Assembly (NCBI GenBank): GCA_051294375.1
Contig: CM119266.1
Span: 287,132 to 351,131 of the forward strand
Length of the DNA: 64,000 nucleotides
Source: Paraspadella gotoi
Lineage: Eukaryota; Animalia; Chaetognatha
Reading direction: 5' to 3'
This document shows, one piece after another, positions 39,701 through 48,060 of the stretch; position 1 is the stretch's first letter, and each line of letters opens with the position of its first letter. Both the position numbers and the translations under genes were made by a program. The notes beneath the pieces are model-generated. The model was not told the origin of the DNA. It saw nothing but the letters and a program-made list of their open reading frames with translations, and ran no database searches.

Positions 39701-40964
39701 TTAAAAAGTTTATCGAGTTAACCGCGGGTAGGGATAATGTTGTCAGCCTGTTGCTCTCCAGTATTATTCGTTGCAGCTGTGGCAAATTCATAAAAACTCG
39801 TTCGTCTAAAAATGTTAAAAGATTGGAGCCTAAATGTACAACTTTTGCCTTTTTGAACTTGGAGAAAGAATATGGATGAATGTCCTGTATCTGATTTTCA
39901 CTCAAATCTATGTATATCAGGTTATAAAGAAAATCAAAAGACGTTGAATTTATCACACGGATGTTATTTTTTCTTAATTTTAACCAACCTAAAGATTTCG
40001 TAGACACGAAGGCGTCTCTCTCTATGTGCTTTAAACCCAAGTCGTGCAACGTCAGAAATTTGAGTCTCGTCAAGTTGCGAAGCAGATTTTTTGTCAGTTT
40101 CCCTAAACATCCCTCGGTTATGTTAATTATGGTAGCCTTTGTCATGTTGGTAAAAAAGGTTTCCCACAGTTGTTCAATTCCCAAAATTTGGAGTGAGTTT
40201 ATCGTCTCGTGATTTCCATTAAAGAAGGTCAAATTAGTCTTTTCTCGGAAATGTATTTTAACATCGGTGAGTCCTGTAAAATACGGAAAGGACATCGACG
40301 ATGGTACGAAACCAACGTCAAACTCGATGGCCAATCTCTCCAATTGCGTCGCTGATTGCAGAAACTCGGTGGATGTCAATTCGTTGCCGATGAGGAACAA
40401 AAAAGACAAACGAGCTGCACCCTGAAAAGCATCGGGCGAAAATCGTCGCAGTTTGTTTCTCCTCGCGCTCAGATGGACCAGAGTCGAAAGGTTCGTGAAG
40501 TGAGTGGTGATTTCCGTGAGATTATTCCAGTCCAGATCGATGTAACTCAAATTTGAGTCTTTGAAAGAATCCACGTGGATAAAATCGATTGAATTGTTAA
40601 AAAAAGAAATTTGTTTCAAGAACGGGAAATCTTTGAGAAAGTCCTTTTCTAATCTTTTGATCCCGAGTGAGTAAAAGTTGATTTCGAGTTTGGATCCGTT
40701 GGCGGGTGGACTTTGAAAGAAATCCCTGAGGTGGGCGTGCCGTCCGCGATACAGCGCTCTGGCGTTGGACATGATGTCTCGCGTCAACGTCGTACATCCG
40801 CGTTTTGGAGATTGTACCTCCGCGCCTTTCCAATACGAGTGGAAAACGGTGAAGTTGGGTTCGTTGAACGCCTGGTGTTCGTACCAAGAATCGAGTCGGC
40901 ATGTAGCTTTGGCTGGTGGAGGAGCCAGCAATAAAAAAGATGAAATGAATATTGAGACCATCAT
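36747..40964 (-). CDS. Single-exon type-I membrane protein: signal peptide - LRR ectodomain - LRR-CT - TM - pseudokinase - KEN ribonuclease - ubiquitin-like tail (1405 aa)
   Basis: Uninterrupted 4.2-kb ORF. Many LxxLxLxxNxL repeats; cap GNSWNCNPC...C...C; TM IYYIPGSILFIICVLILCKII; kinase remnants QLLSGLAHLHSLSPPIFHLGL and LKIGDFW; KEN motifs W..LL...GYK....DLIRFVRNVLNH and YEYFLERFPY. Confidence 0.9.
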   Translation of the reverse strand: MMVSIFISSFLLLAPPPAKATCRLDSWYEHQAFNEPNFTVFHSYWKGAEVQSPKRGCTTLTRDIMSNARALYRGRHAHLRDFFQSPPANGSKLEINFYSLGIKRLEKDFLKDFPFLKQISFFNNSIDFIHVDSFKDSNLSYIDLDWNNLTEITTHFTNLSTLVHLSARRNKLRRFSPDAFQGAARLSFLFLIGNELTSTEFLQSATQLERLAIEFDVGFVPSSMSFPYFTGLTDVKIHFREKTNLTFFNGNHETINSLQILGIEQLWETFFTNMTKATIINITEGCLGKLTKNLLRNLTRLKFLTLHDLGLKHIERDAFVSTKSLGWLKLRKNNIRVINSTSFDFLYNLIYIDLSENQIQDIHPYSFSKFKKAKVVHLGSNLLTFLDERVFMNLPQLQRIILESNRLTTLSLPAVNSINFLSLDDNNFSEIDVNLMRNLTNLLYFSIIRNPLKRIPQESFKNSYLVDIRFGCCSLNYAGKSETERSKYCHNVSMEIDESALTLDDFFQTSRKLNQLYILGCAAPLKDKKVEITVTKLQARWNDWKNSFGALVLTNFGNESVFDLSENRITTVKFRQFSGISANLLDLSNNQIQYITPNAFTDSRIAHIKLNSNNLFELSLDLNQNAPDTFQHIEASDNQITNVFVTSRRNNVKPFVSVDLSKNLINRITRVGIYGFAYVKLLNLSHNNITEFSAHASILKIPTVETIDLSHNQLSDLPSEIKQLKNTKIIARGNSWNCNPCSSIYLFSHAIRYQAMEGFECSSNDSLKRSVRVCDIEIYYIPGSILFIICVLILCKIIHSLNIIMRLKKKFPIYKTIALGSFGNRSDFVRKSKTHQTIIHSNILLLHGFSTELSLKHLVKGISYLERWLSDLQQGLELSDSGQMRLDRDQLCGQLLSGLAHLHSLSPPIFHLGLSLNSTFLCGFPDNPTLKIGDFWDFTTAGTDSKLAKQYRRFDLQCAAEIIESIQTKPSVEFQVLCLALCEGFEAREALACPAFQSVSEVFVLLNKIKVLLGNLKFAKSESRLKLEEIENSSLIVGGRGSWDKLLPSEMLVTFGFTHNGYKITKSGDLIRFVRNVLNHASEEKPTMLSALKVEDPTPEQLYEYFLERFPYVYLYATYVYRKLKFPSQIEKNVYFREFWKLEKCLNEKGLIDGALHPLLRENSVRVTFLYYEPRTRYLVTDQKILRFPTDEPNVKIDGRLVAERILEDVGRLWPQTRLEDLLAITEQGSDILECLVVRKNNRENHDDHSETKDQETIQKVYGNKTKGVQNNPKVSKNNLNKETTPKQPPSIPVLEGSEVRVSKLQCLVRSARFPTDEAIEYLFDFKRKFNAKALKASYIRNLEDVTGERVRSEDLRISLDGRPIRDKDNILQLGFSKYPFCVEVVRAGGGGGGGGREGGEKGDE

Positions 40965-41538
40965 TTTTATTACATTGCTATGACAACCGGAGATTTTGTT
41001 TAGTTTTTATTTCTCGCTGGAACTCGAGAAAAATTAGTAATGGAATGTTATCACTCATCGTTTATGCTGGTCTTTTTTTTTAACATTTTATCCGAACGGG
41101 CAAACATTTTTCTTTCTCTACGTCACTGCATTTTAAATATTAGATTAAGTTCGAACGAATTTTTAGATTTTACTTTACATAAAAAAAAAACCAAAATAGT
41201 AATGGTGAGAATAAAATTTAAATTAAATTAAATTTAGCAAAGATTTCAATTAAGAAAAATAGAAGAAAGTTCTCTAGACAACACAAAAGTAGATACATAA
41301 TCCGTATATACATTTATCGTGTATTCAGTCTTGTACTTTTTATTCTTTATGCTTTGAAATCAATTAGGCTTAGATCCTTCTTTTTCCTTTATGATTATTT
41401 GACTTGATCATACTTTTTACATTCACCGTTTACTTTCGTGAAACATAAAGATGTATCATGGTTCGCGCGATGCATTCTCCACAGATTATTCAAGAGTTAC
41501 AACATTCTTGACAGATGATTCCCAGATATTCTCTACAG

Positions 41539-41729
41539 ATGATTCGCGGCGACAACGTTCCGTCATCGTCGTCGTCGTCGACGTCGTGGCGCGCGTTCGG
41601 CCGAAAGATGCGCCAACTGGTGGAGTTTCTTTGGCCGACGGGAAATACGTGGCTTCAGTTCCTCGCCGTCTTTTGTTTGCTAATCGTCGGCGCCGTCAGA
41701 GTCATCAACGTCTACGTCCCGATTTATAG
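41539..41729 (+). CDS. ABCB6: ABCB6/HMT-1-like, exon 4 (start of ABC membrane domain); downstream exons not found
   Basis: STSWRAFGRKMRQLVEFLWPTGNTWLQFLAVFCLLIVGAVRVINVYVPIY closely resembles ABCB6 [30 protein letters not shown]....ER.LNV.VPIFY. The donor (gtcttt) is weak, so the 3' boundary is less certain. Confidence 0.85.
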
Positions 41730-41867
41730 GTCTTTTGTTTTGTGGTGGTTTTAGTTTAGTAAGAAAGAGAGACAGAGAGAGAGAGAGATATTGATATTGA
41801 AAAACGAAAGTGCGAGCTTTATGCTAGTACTTTAAACTGCCCTAAAAAGCTACCTTATTGTTTCCAT

Positions 41868-42580
41868 TGAGATTCCTCCCAACAGGATTCCTCCCACGCG
41901 GGATTCCTCCCACACGGGTTTCCTCCCAACGGGATTCCCCCAAGGGATTCCTCCCAATGGAATTGCTCCCACACGGGATTCCTTCAAAGGATTCCTCCCA
42001 CACGGGATTTCTCCCAAAGGAATTCCTCCCACGCGGGATTCCTCCCACACGGGGTTCCTCCCACAGAATTCCTCCCCATGGAATTCCTCCACGCGGATTC
42101 TCCCACACGTGAATTCCTCCATCGGGATTCCTCCCACACGGGATTCCTCCCACAGAATTCCTCCCACACGGGGTTCCTCCCCACAGAATTCTCCCCTGGA
42201 ATTACTCCCACGCGGGATCCTCCCACACGGTGATCCTTCACATTCGGGTTCCTCCACACGGGATTCCTCCCACACGGGATTCCTCCCACATGGGGTTCCT
42301 CTCATGGGATTCCTCCCAGGCGGGATTCCTCCCACACGGGATTCCTCCCACGTAGGATTCCTCCCACGCGGGATTCCTCCCATATGGGATTCCTCCCATG
42401 CAGGATTCCTCCCACACGGGATTCCTCCCATGCGGAATTCCTCCCACGTGGGATTCCTCCCATGCGGAATTCCTCCCAAGTGGGATTCCTCCCATGCGGG
42501 ATTCCTCCCACGCGGGATTCCACCCACACAGGATTCCTCCCACACGGGATTCCTCCCGAGCGGGATTCCTCCCACATGGG
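41868..42580. repeat. 16-bp minisatellite (cacgggattcctccca)n, ~44 degenerate units
   Basis: Read directly. It explains the 16-aa periodic spurious ORFs (GRNPVWEESRVGGIP). Confidence 0.95.
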
Positions 42581-43429
42581 TCAGCTGGCATAATTTGNNN
42601 NNNNNNNNNNNNNNNNNNNNNNNNNNNNNNNNNNNNNNNNNNNNNNNNNNNNNNNNNNNNNNNNNNNNNNNNNNNNNNNNNNNNNNNNNNNNNNNNNGTA
42701 CAGATTATTGCTACCTTAGTTTTAAAATAGTCCAATAGCAAGTATCTTTAAGAAATTATAATATATTCCTGTTTTTTTAACGGGGCCTTTCTTGTGATTA
42801 CCATATAGCATAATTTAGTGCGATTATAATTTCTTAACAGAGCCCATGGAATTGTAGTTACGATTTCCATTATTTATTGAAAATCTCGATTTGTCTTCAT
42901 TTTTTTTGCTCATTACGCACTCAAACAAATCAATATCAAAGATATACATAAAAATGAGTATGTCTCGTCTTTAGTATCTTAAATGTGTTAGACTTTTCAC
43001 GTTTTCGTGGGTCAATTTTATCTTCTAGCGGAGGGTTTCAAATGTTTTCAAAAACTAATCTCGATTATTTCTGAGACAAGTTTGAAAGCAGACGAAAAAA
43101 TGTATTGAGTACGTATTTCCTTATATTATCCATGAGTTGTTGTCGTACACTTTTTAGAAAATTTATCAATAAATCGAACTTGGAAACTAAGTTGTCTTTA
43201 TTCAATCAATTATTACTTTCCACAGTCTGCTACAATATCCGTGAGCCAAATCGATTGGCACGAAGTAAAATATTATTGATATAAGACATTCAAACATTAG
43301 CAATTTATAAACTAACCCCTCCTGACTTTGTAGAGTCATAAAGCTGAAAATATTTTACTGTAATCTTAGATACTGAATTAAAAATGATTCATTACGCTTG
43401 ATTTTAAAAGATGCTATGGTGCGATAAAA

Positions 43430-43640
43430 TCCACCAACCTTCATCAGCGGCATTGGTGCCGGGAGGCAAGTCATTCGCCTCCCACAAGGTCCGGGTTGCA
43501 GCCGGTGGTCGCTCTGGCAGTTAAGGGGGACGGGGCGCTTAACCGCCTTTAACATGTGTTACAGCCTGATCGAAGTCGATGCTTATATTGAACGGTTTGT
43601 CACTACACATAACAAAATATTCACTGTCTCTTCAATGCTA
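43430..43640 (-). mobile_element. ~230-bp interspersed repeat, copy 4
   Basis: gggaggcaagtcattcgcctccc...ggggacggggcgcttaacc...tgttacagcctgatc, collinear with the 8420 copy. Confidence 0.65.
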
Positions 43641-43849
43641 TGACGACTTTGACATCTTCGCAAAAAAAGGTATTCAAGTTGTAATAAAGATCAATTTAAA
43701 TAAAATTTTACAGACAAAACTCAAACATTACTCTTAATAAAAAAACAGTTTACGTTCTGTCTGCAGTAAACCTGGCATGAATTATTTCGTGTTCACTGGA
43801 TTTGTCACGAGGTAGGAGATGGAAATAGGAAAACTGTCTAAGAAAGGAT

Positions 43850-44715
43850 AGGGAAGCCAGTTAACTTTGTAGTGAATAAACGAGACTGTGAAAGAGTCTT
43901 GATTGAAAGCTTCTAGGACCTGCTATGTTCATTTCTTGTTAAGAGTGATGGGAGGCCTTAAACACAAAGCCTGTCCAAGTCAGGGCAGATAGGCTTATTT
44001 ATTAATGAATGGATAATTTTATATGTTGTACCTAATTCTAAAATTCAGCTCCTTGTATTTTGTGCTAGTGCGGATACAATTAAGTATTCCCGTTCTAATA
44101 CTTACTGGGAGTGGTCTTTCATACAATTGAACATCTTTGAAATATTTTCCCTTCATTGATCGGGAAGCAGGTATAGTGGGTAGTTGCATATTAAACGAGA
44201 CTGTGAAGATGTCTTGCATGGAAGCTTTCTGCAGGGACCTGCTATCGTCATTATCTTGTAGAGTGAGAGAGGCCTTAACACACCAATAGCTCTGTCAAAG
44301 AGTCAGGAGGCAAGATAGCCCTTATTTATTAAATGAATGGAAATAAGTTTTTTCTGATATTGGTTGTACCATTTCATAAAATTCAGTCTCTTGTATTTTG
44401 ATGTAGTGCGGAGTACAATAAGTTATCCCGATCTATACTTAAGGGAGTGTCTTTTCGTTACAATTGAAACTATTCTTTGAAATAATTTTCCACTTCATTG
44501 ATAGCGGAAGGCCCAGTACGTACTCTGGATAGTTAGAATAAACAGAGACTGTGAACAGGTCTTGATTAGAAAGCTGCATTGTGGACTGCTATGTCATTAC
44601 TTGTAAGAAGTGATGGATGGCCTTTAAACCACCAAAGCCTGTCAAGTCGTGGCGCAAGAATAGCTTATTTATTAAAATGAGATGGATAATTTTTTATTGG
44701 TTTGTACAATTCATC
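43850..44715. repeat. ~320-350-bp tandem repeat, ~2.7 indel-rich copies
   Basis: aaac(a)gagactgtgaa recurs at ~43878, ~44192 and ~44541 with collinear downstream blocks. Confidence 0.85.
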
Positions 44716-44914
44716 ATAAGGTTTTATTCTTCACTATGAAATTGAGTTGTCTGTAAAAGCAGAACGAAGAACAAGTTCCTAAAAACAAATAAATATTAAT
44801 AACACTTGAAATTGATACAGTTTATATCAACCCCTTTCTCTTCGCGTTTTGCTTTTCAGTTGTTTTCTGACATCGGCTCCGTCCACTCAAATTAGCTAGA
44901 TTGTAAGTGATGTT

Positions 44915-44980
44915 CAAGAGATCAAAGCTGGCTGTGATTGAAATTTTTCTATAGCGACACATCCTGCCACTTTGACGTAA
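44915..44980 (-). ncRNA. mir-2: miR-2 family precursor hairpin
   Basis: Minus-strand 3' arm ATCACAGCCAGCTTTGAT matches 18 nt of canonical miR-2 (UAUCACAGCCAGCUUUGAUGAGC). 5' arm gtcaaagtggcaggatg is partly complementary. Confidence 0.85.
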
Positions 44981-45074
44981 TCAACATCCAAACTACTTTC
45001 CCCGATCTGTCACGCGTCATAGGTCGCGGAGGCCAAACGTTGAATTAGACGGTTAAACGAGAAGCGTCGATTTC

Positions 45075-45150
45075 CGCGATCAATCAAAGCGTGGCTGTAT
45101 AGAAGAGAAAGACTGACATAAATTATAACATGCCTGATTTGATGCTGGCG
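45075..45150 (-). ncRNA. mir-2: Second miR-2 family precursor hairpin (sequence appears error-containing)
   Basis: 3' arm tatacagccacgctttgattgatc, close to TATCACAGCCA.GCTTTGATGA. 5' arm gcatcaaatcaggcatgttata. Confidence 0.65.
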
Positions 45151-45324
45151 GAGGAAACGACGAGACGAGAAACTGGGTTTTTCTTCGGCGCGGCGCGTGA
45201 AAAAAAAAGTGGCGCTGGCCGGCGTGCATGACGAGAGAAGAGAGAGAGAAAGAGAGAGACTTCCATGTCGAGCGTTTGTATTTTTTTTACCGCGCGGTGA
45301 CGTACGGAAATAGGGCTGAAAATG

Positions 45325-45414
45325 CTTCATGAAAGGCGAGTAGTAGTCACAGATGAAGACAAACAATGGAAAACGTTGTACAAATCTCACTACCCACGCA
45401 TGTCTATTCAGGGC
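45325..45414 (-). ncRNA. mir-71: miR-71 precursor hairpin (with apparent insertion errors)
   Basis: 5' arm tgaatagacatgcgtgggtagtgagat vs miR-71 UGAAAGACAUGGGUAGUGAGAU. 3' arm atctgtgactactactcgcctttcatg. Lies upstream of the miR-2 hairpins, as in the known miR-71/miR-2 cluster. Confidence 0.75.
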
Positions 45415-47271
45415 AAAAGCACAGCATGAAGATGCCGGCCGAACAATTAAATGCGTTTGGTTTTTAAGTCACTCATTAATATGAGTTGTTCGGCACGCTG
45501 AATTTAAGTGGTTCGCAAATTTCGCTCTTCGTCTCTTAGTTTAAGCCGAGCTTTTCCGATTTCTTTCCTCGATTGCGACGTTTTTGGACGAAGACATTAT
45601 TTCTCGGGAGTTTTAAAATTTTTCGGTTTCCCTAATGGTCTATTTTAGTCCAAGAGATAGTTTTTCCTGTTGGATCGTGGAGAAAACAGGTACGGCGGAT
45701 CGAAAATGCAATTTGAAAAGCGTAACTGATAATAGTTATATTCTGTTTGGTGTTTACGTGTCCACCTGTGCATGAATCAAAGGACGGAAACGAAAAAAAA
45801 TAAAATTACAATTTTAAGTAAATTAAGCAAAAATGAGTATTCCGAACCGTGTTCTAACGTGATAAATTTAGTTTCAAAATATAAAACGATAAATTATTTG
45901 AAAACGTGCTCTTAGAAGAAATGAAATAAATCATTCGATTCGAGGTCTTTCTTTTACAATGAATTTCGTTTTTAATATTTTTTATTTTTTTTTTTTGGAA
46001 ACGAGGCCATTCGCTTGAGAGCAAGGAAAATCGCAACCCTAAGCACTGGTTCGTGATGTTTGTATTTACACGCCATGTAGGTCCCCGGAGTGAAATCGGA
46101 TCCGACGACGAGAGTCAACGTGAGAGTCACGGCCTCACAATCCGGTGAATGATGATCTCCGGGTTCGAACATGTCACAGATCAATCACAGAACGCAGCGG
46201 CTTGCAGCATATGCAGCAGGAAGCCTGATCTGAAATCTATCGGCGCCCAAACGAAGCTTCCGTTGACGAGACACCGACGACAGACGACCGCGGCCGTTTT
46301 CTTCATTCTTCAGTTGGACATGTCACTCGTCGTATCGTCAGTCGTCGATCGTGTCGCCGTTTTTTTTTATCGTTCGGCCGAGAATGAATTTGTTTTCGCC
46401 GGTAGTTGTTCCGGAGTTTATAGCGTTTTTCATGACGTCAAATTGATATTGAACATTGAAAAAATATATTTTATATTTGTTGTTTATAACACTACTACCC
46501 AAGCTGTTGTTTGAAAAGAGGTAACATACATTTCAGATTAATTAACCTTTTAATTGACAACTCATGTTCAAAAATGTTCGATCGGTAAACGCGTCCGGTC
46601 ACATCGTCTTGGTCGCTTTTGGGAAGGAAGTGCTGCTCTTTTTTTTTCTGGCGTCGCCGATGTTCGACAAGAAGACGCCGCCGCGCCCGCTGCTAAAACG
46701 GCGGCTTTTTTTTCCGACGCCTTGCATAAATGACGTCTTACGAAGTGGAAAACGTCGGCGAGGAAAATGTCGAGCGATGAAAAAGGAAAAGAAGCATCAG
46801 AGAGGAAGATGTGAGCAGACAGGAAGTGAGGAAAGACGAAAGATGAGAAGGTAAGGGCCGAGAAGTGAAAAGAGTGGAGGAGATAAGATGAAGAGAGGAG
46901 AGAAGAGAATGAGAAATGAAATGAACAAAGAAAGAAAGTAAAGAAGTAAAGAAAGAAAGAAGAGGAGAAAAGAAGAGAAGAAAGAAAGCAAGAATAAAGA
47001 AAGAAAGCAAGCAAGCAAGCAAGCTAGCAAGCAAGCAAGCAAGCAAGCAAGAAAGAAAGAATAAGAAGAGAAGAAAGAAAAAGCAAAAAAAAAAATAAAG
47101 AAGAAGAAAGAAAGCAGAAGCCAAGCAGCAAGCAAGCAAGCAACAAGCAAAGCAAGCAAACTTGGACACCAAGCCTAAAGCGGAAAGACGGAAAAAAAAA
47201 AAACGAAGGAAACAAAAAGTCTGTCACCAGATTTCGAAATGCGTTAACGAAGCGCGGATCAAGCGATTATA

Positions 47272-47650
47272 TAGATGGATAATTTTATATTGGTTGTACC
47301 AATTTCATAAAAATTTCAGCTCCTTGGTATTTTTGATGCTAGGTGCGTGAGTACAATAAGTATTCCCCCGATCTAATACTTAAGGGAATGGTCTTTTCAT
47401 ACAATTAGTAAGACGACTTCTTTGACAATATTTCCACTTCATTGATAGGAGAAGCCAGGTACTCTGGGAGTGAATAAACGAGACTGTGAGAGATCTTGAT
47501 TGAAAGCTTGCAGGACCTCTATGTCATTATCTCTGTAAGAGTTTGATGGAGGCCTGTAAACCACCAAAGCCTGTCCACGAAGTCAGGGGCAAGAAGCTTA
47601 TTTATTAAGAATGAATGGATAATTTTTATATTGGTTTGTACTCCAATTTC
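47272..47650. repeat. Further ~1.2 copies of the ~330-bp repeat seen at 43850-44715
   Basis: atggataattttatattggttgtacc...taaacgagactgtgag...aaaccaccaaagcctgtc. Confidence 0.8.
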
Positions 47651-47977
47651 ATAGAGTACAGCGAGAATAGAGAGGGAGACGATTACGCAACGGAGAGAGA
47701 GAACGCTTGACTCTGGCGCGAAACCGCAGATCTCCCCCCCCCAAAAAAAAAACCGGAAGTCGCTTCGGACGATCAATATCGGTAAGAATTTCCCTTGCTG
47801 CTTAATTACGCACATCAGATGATTAATTATTGGCTTATATATACAATAACACTTTTTGGGCCTTGTTCTTCGTTTTCTTTTAAATTGAGAGATATTTTTT
47901 TTCTAAACGATTTGAAATCGAAATAATTTTTTTTCTCATGCAGGAGAAGAGGAAGAGAGAATGCATAATGGAGTGAG

Positions 47978-48015
<38 letters not shown>

Positions 48016-48028
48016 GAGAGAGAGAGAG

Positions 48029-48060
<32 letters not shown>

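Noticed and set aside
36747-40964. Calling the LRR gene a canonical Toll receptor or the IRE1 ortholog
   Set aside because: No TIR box motifs are present, the ectodomain is LRR rather than the IRE1 lumenal domain, and kinase catalytic motifs are absent.
41842-42741. Multiple overlapping repetitive ORFs (GRNPVWEESRVGGIP)
   Set aside because: Translations of a stop-poor 16-bp minisatellite, open in many frames. Not a CRISPR array either, as there are no unique spacers.
43430-43480. CTGATGA (minus strand) and GGCGAATGAC in the dispersed repeat as hammerhead or HDV ribozyme cores
   Set aside because: No GAAA/stem arrangement or HDV pseudoknot could be built, and CTGATGA is not conserved in the other copies.
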